Part shown: in pieces, positions 28,011 through 42,848 of the stretch | How the letters are laid out: each line of letters opens with the position of its first letter | Position numbering within the stretch: the stretch's first letter is position 1 | NCBI GenBank assembly: GCA_964270895.1 | Contig: OZ185441.1 | Length of the DNA stretch: 64,000 nt | From: Podarcis filfolensis | Taxonomy: Eukaryota | Reading direction: 5' to 3' (one strand) | The notes under the pieces: generated by a model | Databases searched by the model: none | Told to the model about the DNA's origin: nothing | Seen by the model: only the letters and a program-made list of their open reading frames with translations | Translations under genes and position numbers: made by a program

Positions 28011-30712
28011 GGACAAAGAGTGGAATTTTAGTAGATCTGAATGCAAGAAGAGATAAGATTTTGTGACTTCCAAGTACTACAGCAACACATTCTATATCCT
28101 GTGTGTCTTAAACACAGTATTTGCTGCGATCCATGTAGCTATGAACATGCGAAAAACCCCAAGTGCTACATTTTTTAGTTCTGTGTCAGTATCTACACAT
28201 CTAATGTGATCAAGCAATATTAAGATACTCAGTCTCATAGCACAATTCTATGCATGTTTACTCAAAAGTAAGTTCCACTGTATTCAGTAGGATTTGTTTG
28301 CACAAAAAAGTTGTGCAAAACTGCAGCCTGGAGAAAATCAAAGAAAGACTATTTTTAATCCATTTTATCCATGTGTGTAACACTTCATTTGCAGACACCT
28401 TTACAATCTCTTTACTTCTGAGATCAACTGCATAAGGCAGGTCATCATTCCAATATTATGTATGTTATATTTTGTTTTCAATAAACCAGTACTATAAAAT
28501 AGTACAATTGAAAAACAGTGTAGAACAGGTAGGGCTGTTCATCCTGTCTCCATTTTAATATGGTCCTAAAAAAAAGAAGAGGAGGAAAAAATGGCTGTGC
28601 CAGCACACCAGTAAGTGTGCATGTCTCTTTTCCACAAACTGCCTCAGATGTATAACCTCCCACTAGGACACCCAGATCTACATCTACTGTAAAAGAACAT
28701 CGCCACCGGCATAATTATAAAAGCGTAAGTCAGACAGAGCAATGAGATAGAAGTATTCCAGGTAAATCCCTGCTTCCCTTCACTCAGTCAGCTGTGCTAA
28801 AACATTTAGAACTACAGAAAATCTACGGAGTCCATCATGCAAGTTTAGTACAAATCATATAAACAACCTGAACTTGGAAGATGAGTCTAGAGGTTGGTTT
28901 TTGGGATTTTTTTGGTCATTTTATAAAGCAACGTATATACTTATGGAGGAACTGGATAGTTCAAAAGTATTGATGAGTAAATATGTGGAGGAATTCTAAG
29001 TCTTTAACATACAATGCGTGTGTGTACAAATGCATCCACATTCAGACTTAAAATGTATACAAAATATGAGAACAATAGTACAGTTGTAGCACTGTTTTAT
29101 GTAACTAGTTACTCAAGAAAGCTATTGCTCCTGCTCACCGAAGTTGCCATTGCAGTTTAACTAACTTTAAAATAATCCAGAAATATAGAAGAATGCTGAA
29201 AGGTAAACAGTATGTTTTCACTTACGTTTATACAACGAATTTAGACACAGTGCAGACTTCAGGAGCATAAATGAATTCCTGTGCATGCATGATTCTTACA
29301 TCTGCATCATATCATTCACACAGTTTTCCTGTAATCTTTTATCTCTGCAACATACCATATTCAAACTGCGAAACACTGAGAATAATTCCAAGCTTCGTGG
29401 CCTTGTCATGCTTATTTTCAAAAGGTGTTCACTGTATACCATTGTACCATTGTCTTGTGCAATATTGTGACTGTTCAAAATAAAAACTGGCTAGACATTG
29501 TGTTGATTTTAAAAACAAGGAACCTCCAAGCTGGAATAGTTTATATTACCACCAACATATCTTAAAGTGATAGCTTTAAATCAGAGAGAATGCATTGCAG
29601 AACAATACTGTTCAATGAAAGTGGCTTGCTTTTTCAGCAGTGCACCAATCACTTACATTTTGATTCAAGGATTATCAGTTACCCAAGTTCCTTGAAATCT
29701 TAAGACTAGACCACATTTTAAATTTGTAGTACTTAAATCAGGAAATAAACTAGTCTTGTGGGACAGTTTATACACTTACAGGGTATTTATACTTGAACAG
29801 AATGGAGTTGATAGAAGTGGGGCCCAGACCTCTATCTGTGCCCTATGAAAGGGTGTTAGGCTCAGCTTATACGATGTGCAGCTTACTTACATCCATTGGC
29901 TTGACCAAAATAAGATGCTAATTTGCTTTAGAGCAACAGGTAAAGAGCAAAAACTAAGAGGAATTATGGACACTTAAATAGTTGGTTTCTGAGATTATTG
30001 AAAAGTATGTTCCAATTATGAGATTTTTCTATTCCCAATGTAAAAATAAGGGGGGGGGGCTATATCCAGTTGAGGCATCTTGCTTGCACAAGAGGGTCTT
30101 ACTCATCCTCTTTCCCCCCGCTTCTGTTCTAATCTGTTCTAAAACAGATAGCGATACCAGAGGAAGTCTCACCATGACTGCTGGTAAAATGTTTCTCAAA
30201 CCATGCCTTAACAGCATTATTTTAAAATTTTATACCTCATCTTTCTCCCCAAAGGAGCCCACAGTAGCAAACAAGTAACAAAACAATAAAAACATCTTAA
30301 ACACTATTCCAGTACAGATGCAGCAATCCTCACAACAAAGTTGGTGACTAGAAATGCAAAGCAATCTTGGAAAACATAAGCCTATAGAGTCTACATAAAA
30401 CAATTAGACAGGCTTTCAAGACAAAACCACAACTACCATGTTCACAAATGTGTTTGTCTGTGTCTGTATTATAGAGGTTTGAGCTTCAAGAAGGAACTCT
30501 GTTCTAAGACATGTACAGAGCAGATAATTTACCAGAGACAGATTGTAGTGTTTTTTTGCACTGAGAAGTAGAGAGGCTGCTTGGTCTAAGCTTGGGACAA
30601 TTTACGGTTTCTGGCTCAAGAGTTCTACATGGGAATGAGAAAGAATGATAAATTTCAGAGATAAAATTAAACAAAGCAAATGAAAAAAGCAGCTGGCCAT
30701 TTTAAAGAGATC

Positions 30713-30718
30713 TTTATT
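30713..30718 (-). terminator. COPS5: Putative COPS5 polyadenylation signal AATAAA
   Basis: tttatt on +, about 280 nt past the stop, followed on the minus strand by a U/GU-rich tract. Confidence 0.55.
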
Positions 30719-30994
30719 GCAGATTGACAAAGAGATAAATTCTAAACTTCCAAAATCCAGAAACAGTCACAATTATTGTTCTTTTGAAGCAACAACCAAA
30801 ACTTTATGGTAAAGAACAGATTACAATAAATTTTAGAGCACTGTTCTTAAAATTGAGCAAAGAGGTGGTAGAGATGATTTAAAGTACAACAAATTAACTG
30901 AAGATTTCCATTCTGGCTTCAGCTCCAAACTGAACAAGTCCAACTAGGTATGTTTGTCTCCATTCTGAAGATACGTATCGGTCGGTGATATACT

Positions 30995-31147
<153 letters not shown>

Positions 31148-31445
31148 TCAGATGTCTAAGAAGCTCACGGTGCCCATAACCCCATGAATCTCTACAACCA
31201 TCCAGTTATGAAAAGGCAGACATAGCGTTTGATAGTTGACTGAACTGCTTGTTTTAAAAGGTAAACTCAAACAAGCTTTATATGGAAACATACAATTTCA
31301 GACATGTGTCTGACACCTCAAATCTAAGACAAAAAGAAATATCAGCTATTGTACTATGTCAATAGTAGTTTAAAGATCTGAGACAGATACATGGAGAAGT
31401 AGTATATTGTTTCAATATACACTGAAGTTGCATGTTGCATGCACT

Positions 31446-32030
31446 AAAGAACGTAAGAGAAGCCTGCTGGGTCAGGGCAATGGTCCATCTGGTAAAGCAT
31501 CCTCGTCTCACAGTGGCCAACCAGATGCCTGTGAGAAGCCCGAAAGCAGGACATGAGTGCACCAAATCCTCACTTATGATTCCCAACAACTGATATTCAG
31601 GGGCTTACTACCTATGATAGTGGAGGGAGAACATAGTTATCATAGCTAATAGCCGATATAGCCTTATTCTTCATCAATTTGTCTATTCCTCTTTTAAAGC
31701 CTCTCTTGATAGGAATGGGTCATTGTTACTTGTAGGAGTGAATTCCACAGTTTAACTGTGTTTTGTGAAGCACTTTATTTTGTCTAAATTTTCAACATTC
31801 AGTTTTGTTAGATGTCCAAAACATCTCTATCCAATTTCTCTACACCATGCCTCACTTTATACATCTCTATCATGTCTTCACTTTTCTCTAAACTGAAAAG
31901 CCCCAAATGTTGCAATAGGAAAGATCCTCAATCCCTCTGATCATTTTGGTTGTCTTTTTTTTAACCTTTCCCAACTCGACCATAACCTTTTTGAGGTGAC
32001 ATAGTATTCCAAGTGTAGTTGCAGCACAGA
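31446..32030 (-). mobile_element. CR1 LINE 3' fragment in COPS5 intron 7
   Basis: aagaacgtaagagaagcctgctgggtcagggcaatggtccatct...gaaaagccccaaatgttg; boundaries approximate. Confidence 0.75.
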
Positions 32031-32286
32031 TCCACTTATTGATCCATTGTGTCAATCTCTCCTGATACTTACTTAAGCTTATATTCTAAAGATGACATAA
32101 AAAGAAAAATGGTGGAACAAATGGAATGGTGGAACATCTAGGAGCTCCAAAGACTTAAAAAGAAAACTCAATAATCCATGAAACTGGCAAGTGATATGTC
32201 ACAACAACCCACAGGAAGTGATTAAAGTGATTTTAATCATAATATAATTTATGTTCTGAAATCATTTAGTTAAGGAGAAGACCTTA

Positions 32287-32457
<171 letters not shown>

Positions 32458-32969
32458 TTACATTTCTTTAACTGCCATTAATGCTTCTAATTGGAGCAGA
32501 AGTAACCACCTTTAAAACATTTACAACAACTAGACTTTGTTTTGTGCGTAAGGCAATAATATAATTAAAATTCATTTAAAGCACTTTAGTTCTTTTAAAG
32601 TTTACTCTGTCTTTTAGCAGTAGCCAGTAAGAAATTAAATTTAGAATATTTAGTTGCTAGACAAGATAAACAGCACTCTCTGAAAAGATGCAAAAAGTTG
32701 GAGGGAAGAAAGTTGGCCTCTTTCCAGCTGCTTTCCTTGCAATGAATTCAACATAAATTTTGCAACAGATTTGTGCCGAATGATTTGTAATTGGATACAA
32801 GATCACTTGCACAGGAACATGTACGCTGCACAGGCTTCTCTTGGGTTCCACTTCCATATACCTCTCTGTTCCTGTTTCGTTTTATCTTCCAGCCTACAGA
32901 AAGAAGCTCCAAAGTGCTTATTTTTAGAACACCCTACTGATCAGGGTTAAAAGTCACAAAGATACTTAC

Positions 32970-33081
32970 AGTAAGCAAACTAGATGAACTTAGTGTGTTC
33001 ACCCAGTATTTGTTCCACAAAAGCTCAAGCAACTTGCGATCCAAAGAGGATTTGAAATAGGAGACTTCTAAAGCATAATAC
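32970..33081 (-). CDS. COPS5: COPS5 exon 6 ([37 protein letters not shown])
   Basis: aaaacag|G, ACT|gtaagt, 112 nt; ORF track 32934..33128. Confidence 0.97.
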
Positions 33082-34049
33082 CTGTTTTGCAAGAAAAGTA
33101 TATGAACAACTTTCAACATGAACTGCACAATGAAATGTTACATTTAAAAAACTCTCAAATATGGAAAAATCCCAAGAACATAAATGTGACCAAGAAACAA
33201 TATCATCTTTCCTTTTAAAACAAGTGGGGAGACTTGTGGTCCTCCAGATGCTGCTGGACTCCAACTCCCATCAGCCCCAGCCAGAATGACAAGAGGTGAA
33301 GAGCCATAGGTTCTCTACCTCTCTTCTAAAACAGTCCAGTATATCCAGTATGACACTACTTAAGGGATCATTTCATGTCTGTACCTTGGTTCCACAAAGC
33401 GCCACACAATAGTCTTATGCTCAAAACATATACCAGAATGACTGTATTGTGGATACTGAACTATCACCATAACCCCTGAGCTTTGAATAGGGCAAAACAA
33501 ACACCTACACAGAAGTGGAGAGGGGATAAACAACAGCCAAAGAAAAATCCAAAAAGAAAACAGTGGACAGCTGCATATTAGATATAGTTCTCAATGTGCT
33601 GCAAGGAAACTTTTATCAAGTTTAATGCTTCTTGAGGAAAAACTGCCCAGGACAACTTTTCTACTAAAACTCATTTAAGCAACACAATGTTGATAAAATT
33701 TCCTCACATTGCATTGGGAATGCTGTTCAACAGAGTACCCCTCACTTCTGGACTAACTTTTTAGGGAGCACCGGGGTTTACAGGAAGAAGAAATAGGAGA
33801 AAATTGCCTCCTCTCCCTTCTTCCAGTGGAGTATTCCATGAGAAAAACTCCATTCAGAGAGGAAGTCTGGATTCAACCTCTTGTCTGTTAGTGAGCACCT
33901 GTCCTCTTTTTGTTTCATAAGGAAAACATACATCCCACCCCCCTCAATATATGACTATCCAGGAAGCCTTGGGTAATTTCACAAATCTTTTCAAAAATTT
34001 CTTTCCAAGTTGGAAAACATTTTGAAATCTATGAGGAAATAATTTCTTA

Positions 34050-35230
<1,181 letters not shown>

Positions 35231-35267
35231 CCATAGGGTGGATCCTTACATCATATACATTTGGTTA

Positions 35268-35387
<120 letters not shown>

Positions 35388-36144
35388 CTAAGAAGCACTT
35401 GAACACAATTTTCTTAACTCTAGATCAGGCACGTTCAACTCCCAAGTGACTGTGAGCTACTCCCAGTATAAAAAAAACTGGCAGTGATCTACCCATTGTC
35501 ATTGGAGGGAGGAGGAGCTTTTGTTAGGGGGAGCTTTTTTTGTGGGGGGGGAGGCCAAAGTTGTTGGACATCGCTGCTATAGATCAAGGGCATTATTCCG
35601 ATCACATTATCCTTTATAGTAGAATGATTAGTACCTGTCCAAAAAATATCAATATAATATGACTTTTGTAGAAAGTCAAAGATTCTAGTTTAGTGGCTTA
35701 AACTGTCGTTTCCTTGAGGGAAAACCTTGGTTTAGATTATGACATTAATGGAGCAGTGAGAAAGGCCTATGAGTTGTACTTAGTGGTTGCATGAATGAAT
35801 GGAAGCTTGCACAACTAATCTTGCCTCCTCTCCCGCTTCCAATAAAGTCTCTCCTGAAAACCTCCTGAACATTGTGGGACGTTTCATACGGGGCTGCAAT
35901 ATGATGAGAGAACTACCTGAAATCATTAGAAGAAACTGTTCCATTGGTGCAAGATTCTTCAACCCAATTTCAAATGATTCCCTCTTTGTCTACTGTAGCA
36001 CCATTTGACACAGCTGCCCACAATGGAGAGGTTTGAGCAAATACTGGCTTCTACCCCAATATGTTAAAAGTTTTACAACTATTTTCTAGTGGACATTCCA
36101 CAATGTAAGTTCAAAGTCTAGAAATACTGCAAGATAATTTTGTT

Positions 36145-36307
36145 GCTGTTGTGCTCTGGTTCGCCAGAAGCAGCTTAGTCCTGCTGGCCACATGACCCGG
36201 AAGCTGTACACCGGCTCCCTCGGCCAATAAAGCGAGATGAGCACCGCAACCCCAGAGTCAGTCATGACTGGACCTATACGGTCAAGGGTCCCTTTACCTT
36301 TACCTTT
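36145..36307 (+). mobile_element. Sauria-type SINE, 5'-truncated, with (ACCTTT)n tail
   Basis: ctctggttcgccagaagcagcttagtcctgctggccacatgacccggaag...gtccctttacctttaccttt. Confidence 0.85.
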
Positions 36308-37374
36308 TGGCCCTAAGGCCCCTTAAGGAGTGAATACAATATTTAGGCAAAGAAAAAAATACAATAAAAGAAGAATGAATGCATAATTGCCAAATGCCCA
36401 CCAATTGTACTAGATATGCATTTGTGAACTGCATTCATCCTCTCTCCACATTGCTCTCCAGCATTCACCCTCTTACTTAGAAGCTAGGCTCACTCACATA
36501 ACTCCTGCCCCTTCTCCAATCTCACGCCTAGGAGCAAGTCCACCAACAATCAAGCCTCCAAATAAGCAGGCTTCTGAAGCAGCTAAAGTTGTAGCACTAA
36601 ATGGCTACAACCTTCTGGCTTCTCTGCAAGCTGATGTTCTTTAGGTGCAATAGTAGTAAAAACAGGCTGGGGAGGCTACATTTGGTACCCACCTCCCAGC
36701 CAACAATAGACCTGTCTCCTGATTTATGCTTCTTAAAACTCTCTCAAGCAATTATTTAGACATACGTTTCTCCTGATTAAAGACTATCTTGAAAATAGTC
36801 TTAGTTGTAGGAACAAGTGTAATAACAAGAGCTATTCTTGGTTCTGCTTCATATGGTGTAAGTAACAAAATTATCTCTGGTGAACAGGGGAACTCTGGAA
36901 AGGGGAGCAATGGACCCTAATACTCCAATGCCCATACGGACAGCAGAGGAGTTAGGGAATTCAGGAAGCCTTCTCCTTCTTCATTTTAGCTCCTGCACAC
37001 AAGACTCTTAAAATGTAAATGTAATTTGTTTTAATAGAAGAATCTGCTCCCATGAGCATGTCTTCAACTAATCAATGAGAAGTTCTTACCCTGTGATAGG
37101 CAATTCAGTATATGCATAGTTTTCCAACGTTACAAAGTGATCCTGCAAATACTGACTTGAATTAGTTGTGATCAAATGAAAAGGGCAGCTGAGTTTATGG
37201 CTCAATAGAACAAGATATAAAAGAAATACATCCAATATATAAGAAACAGAAAGGTCTCCAAGTAGTGTGAACAGTTTTTTAATAGGAGTTACCTGGTTAC
37301 AAAAAAACCAGCAATAGGTAAAACGCCATCCAGTTTTTTATAGCTATAGAACTTAAATTTATTGTTTAACTCTA

Positions 37375-37542
<168 letters not shown>

Positions 37543-38129
37543 CTAACCAAAGTTTTTAAAAAAGGGAAAGAGGAAGAAAGCAGGTTAAACTGAATTTAAT
37601 CATTGTGAATACTGCCCTCTTTTGGACAGTTGGCAAACCGCAGATATTTAAAAATTAAGCCATGTATGAACATAAAAAGCCCTACAGGATCAGACACAAA
37701 GCCCATCTACTCCAAAATTGTTTTCTGAAAAAGATGGCCAGGCAGGAAGCTCAGAAGCTACTGTATTATTATTATTTTTGTAAATAATGAGCTTGTTGTT
37801 CACTTAACAAAAGCAGAAATTAAATTGAAGAAATTATTTTCTTTAAAATTTCTAAGACAATTAAGATGTACATAAAATGGAGTAAATGAAGCAGTAGGAA
37901 TATGCATAAAGAAACACAACATTGAAGCCCTTCAATAAGGTAACTAGAGGAGAAAAATGTATCTGAACTAAATCTGATCCAAACTTATACTCAACTGGCG
38001 GTGTAAGTGACAGCATATTGGAGTTCAAGGGCAACACATGTTGTTCATAAATTAGAAACTGAGCTGTCTCCAATTCCAGATGTGATTATAAACAGTTTTA
38101 ACACATGCTAACTTGCTAAAAGGAAATCA

Positions 38130-38465
<336 letters not shown>

Positions 38466-38849
38466 TTAAGGCAAGAGAGCTCACCCTGAAACTCAGAATC
38501 AACAAAATGATACTGGAGAAGATTTTGTTTATAAAAATATTTTTTTTAAAATTAACCTGATATAAAATATCAAGGTGGTGTACAGCAGTATGCAGATGCA
38601 ATAAAAAACAATGCCACCATAAAAATACATAATAATCACAAAAATGACTGGCCCACCTTTGGAAAATTTAAATCACTGAATGTAAAGCACTATCTTAATA
38701 AAAACATCTTTGAGAGAAATCTGAAAGTTAGCAGTGAGAATGCTTGCTGAATCTTCACATGGGACCAGGGACACTAAATACTTCTAGGTGAATTAAAGTT
38801 GGGCATCTGTAACAAAGAGGACAACTAACAACACTTCTCAGGGGGATCT

Positions 38850-39200
38850 CGTTGATCAAGCTGAGATGTAAGGCCTCAGGCAGTCCTTAAGGTATCTTGG
38901 ACCCAATTTCTTCAGGGTTTATATAGTAATACTGTACAAGAAATTTGAACCTGGCTTGGCAGCATGTGGGCAGCCAAATATTTTAGCAGAGGTGTCAAAT
39001 TCTGTTGGCCATTTGCCTTCCTCAGCAGTCTAGCTGCTGCACTCGGCACTAGCTGGAGTTTCAGTACCAGGCCCAAGGCCAGCCCTACACATAGAGCACA
39101 TTGCAGTAATCCAGTCTTGAGGTTGTCAATACAAGGACTATAGTGGTCAGGTATAGATGGCATACCAGGTGAAGCTGGAGAAAGGCACTCGCTAAACACA
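38850..39200 (-). mobile_element. L2-clade LINE fragment in COPS5 intron 1
   Basis: ORF 38912..39220 contains LLQCALCVGLALGLVLKLQLVPSAAARLL. Confidence 0.75.
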
Positions 39201-40179
39201 GAGTTTACAGATATACTCATCAGTATAGTACATACCCATATGCGCCTACTTAAACATTAAGATCTTCTACGGTCCTTCTTCAGGAGGTGCATGTGGTAGC
39301 TACTGACAAAAAGGTGTTTTCATTTATAGTACCCTGGCTATAAAATGCTCTCCTCAAAGAGGCTCATCACATGCCTAATCTGATGTCATTTCAGTAAAAC
39401 CTTTTCATTGTTCCAGGCCTTTAAATCTGCTACTGCTACAAAAAAATCATTATCACTAGATAATGATAATGTTATATATTTTATAGATTTATTATGCATA
39501 TTTTAATCGCCTTTATATTTGTTGTAAGGCACCCCGAGAACATGGTTACAGGGTGGCAAATAAAGATTTCAAACTAATAAAATAGATCCAGATTTCAAAA
39601 GAACAAAATATGTTTCTCTTAATGTAACAAGCAACCTACGTTGTACAGCAATAAGTTGTGTGGATATGAGAAACCCAGGTAGAGCCCTGCTTCTACCAAT
39701 TTGTTCAATTAAGATCAAATGACTGTTTGACCCATCACACATTTGGGAATAGCTAGAAAACTGTGAGAAGGGGGAGCTCTAAAAGTGTGTGAGTTACTTC
39801 TTTCCTCCCAGAAGAGGCCTTTGACTTTTCAGCATACAACATTTTGAGACGTTTCATTTGCTAGTAACATTTGTTCTTGGGAGGCTGCTTGTTTTTCCAT
39901 TTCATAATCCCCCCCCCATTTGCCTTCACTAAGTGTCAAAATGAAGGAGTCACGGCGTGTCTGTGTGTTGATATGGGGCATTCACCCATCATTTCTACTT
40001 TCCTTGGATTTATCTATGACTCCCCACCTTCCCTCGTTCACCCCACCTTTGCAAACGACTGTCAAGACCTGTTACTTTTTCTTCTCTTAAGATCTGCAAG
40101 AGGCAATCTTTCTTATCTGCACCCTGGTAGTCACCTGTCCAGAGTTTTGCATTTTGATCTGTCCTCTTAGCCCCCTCTG

Positions 40180-40920
<741 letters not shown>

Positions 40921-41219
40921 CTGCCATCGCAAAGCATGCCTTTTATTTGTGAGGGCAAACTACTCCACATTTTAAAGTGAGTTTCTGGTATCTAAAAAAC
41001 ATGACATCCCAATGGCGCATTATGGGGTATGCCCTCCAGCTTATTCATAGCTTTCACCTCTGAAATTTAAAACCAGAGGCTGGGCTGCCACCTGTCAGGG
41101 GTGCTGGAGTCCTCTCTCCTGTATTGTGGGTTCTGCGTTGAGCACTACGTGACACCCAAGATCCCTTTCACCTCTTAAAATTCTATGAAACGTTCGTTTT
41201 GAATGAACATATAAGAACG

Positions 41220-41416
41220 GGTTACAGATAGGTAGCCGTGTTGGTCTGCCATAGTCAAAACAAAAAAATTTTTTTTTCTTTCCAGTAGCACCTTAAAGAC
41301 CAACTAAGTTAGTTCTTGGTATGAGCTTTCGTGTGCATGCACACGAAAGCTCATACCAAGAACTAACTTAGTTGGTCTTTAAGGTGCTACTGGAAAGAAA
41401 AATTTTTTTTTTGTTT
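41220..41416 (-). mobile_element. Fold-back Penelope-like terminal-repeat insertion; 12-bp TSD CATATAAGAACG (41208-41219 / 41417-41428); contains a 130-bp perfect palindrome at 41273-41402
   Basis: Base-by-base symmetry about 41337/41338; exact flanking direct repeat; near identity to the 52761-52979 copy. The Penelope assignment rests on the hammerhead-bearing repeat (inference from established knowledge). Confidence 0.85.
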
Positions 41417-42410
41417 CATATAAGAACGCATCCCCTTCTCTGCTCCCCCATAACCAATGCATTTTCATCTGTTGAGGCACTCCTCATATTCTGCATCACC
41501 GTGTTGTTCTTGACTCTGTGCACACACCATACTTTTAAGACTGTGCACGCACTATACCTTTTTTAAGTACTGTACATTTATCCCTCTGTTACAATTCCCA
41601 GCAACCCTTAACAAACTACAGTGCCCAGAATTCTCTGAGGGAATAATGTAGGGCATAGGGGCGTGTTCTTTAACTCTCATTTGCTTAGAAACAGAGCTTC
41701 TAGATTTCCCCTAATATAGTCAAGAGCAGAGAGAAAGTGAGTTCTTATATGTCTCTATATTGAGGAGAGATCTCGCCATTCTAGAAAGTGAAAGAACATC
41801 ACGCCTATATTCCAGGGTGCGGAATAAAAACATGCGCAAAGTACCCACAGAGTGGCCAGGCCAGACTCAACTGGGTCCGCCTAAAAAGTAGCGGGATGTT
41901 ATCGCCTTCGGTTTCCAACAACATTGCCTAGCTAGCCTTTGATTGTGCAGTTTGCACTCGCTCCGCGACGAAGTGATAGCAAAAACAACATGTTTTTCCG
42001 AGCATGCACAGAGCGCCCGCCCTTGGCCGCTGAGCAACCACGCGCAACTCTCAAAACACCTGACGTTAAAAGGATTTAAAGGAGGGTCGAGTAGGACTTA
42101 GCACCTTTCCTTTTCAGGAGACAAACCCCCCTTAAGGCGCTGTTCTACTGAGCTACAGGTTTTAGGCCGGGTTTCCGACAAGCACCAGGGGGAGCTGTTC
42201 GTGCGCAGCAGCCCCGTCCCCTCTCCGGCCGTTAGGCTGGCTCCTCCCCGAGAAGGCGGAGGGCTGGAGCGACTTCGGCGGAGCGGCGAGGCGAGGCGAC
42301 GGGAGGCGCTGCCGTAGCAGCTGTTTGACAACCCGCCGGCGGCTGGGCCTCTCCGGAGCGAGAGGTGCGTTTCGGGCGGGTTCCGAGCGGCTGCAGCTCC
42401 AAAGACCTCG

Positions 42411-42413
<3 letters not shown>

Positions 42414-42452
<39 letters not shown>
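42414..42452. repeat. (GA)19 microsatellite
   Basis: Read directly from the sequence. Confidence 0.98.
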
Positions 42453-42455
<3 letters not shown>

Positions 42456-42835
42456 CGCACCCGTCCGGTAACTTGGGTCGCTCTCTGGAGAGGGTTGGGA
42501 AGTGCGCGCAAAGAGCGCATCCCTCTTCCCTGGGGGTGGAATATTCGCCCGAAGTAGAGGAGGGTGAGGAAGGGGCGTCTTGGCGCGCGCGGGGTGCTGA
42601 GGGAAGTCCCCGCATGCATCCTTTAAGAGTTTGGGGGCAGTTTGGGGCTCTCCTCGAGGGGCTTCGCTCGGGTAGGGGGGAGTTTTTGTGCGCGCAAAAT
42701 CCTCTTTTTTTGGGTGGGGGGAATGTTGCACCTTGGAGTCTTATTCCTCGGACTGGGAGTTGCGCCTTTCTTTAGAGGAGCGCAGACTGCGCGGGTCCAG
42801 GAGTGCGGAGAGGCCCCGGGTTTTGTTGTAATCTG

Positions 42836-42848
42836 GTTGCCTAACAAC
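42836..42848. promoter_or_regulatory. RFX X-box-like motif GTTGCCTAACAAC
   Basis: One mismatch to the 13-bp X-box GTTGCCTAGCAAC. Confidence 0.5.

Noticed and set aside
41273-41402. CRISPR array or pre-miRNA interpretation of the long hairpin
   Set aside because: No repeat-spacer periodicity and the DNA is eukaryotic. The TSD and near-identical second copy indicate a mobile-element origin, and a perfect 65-bp arm is unlike a miRNA precursor.
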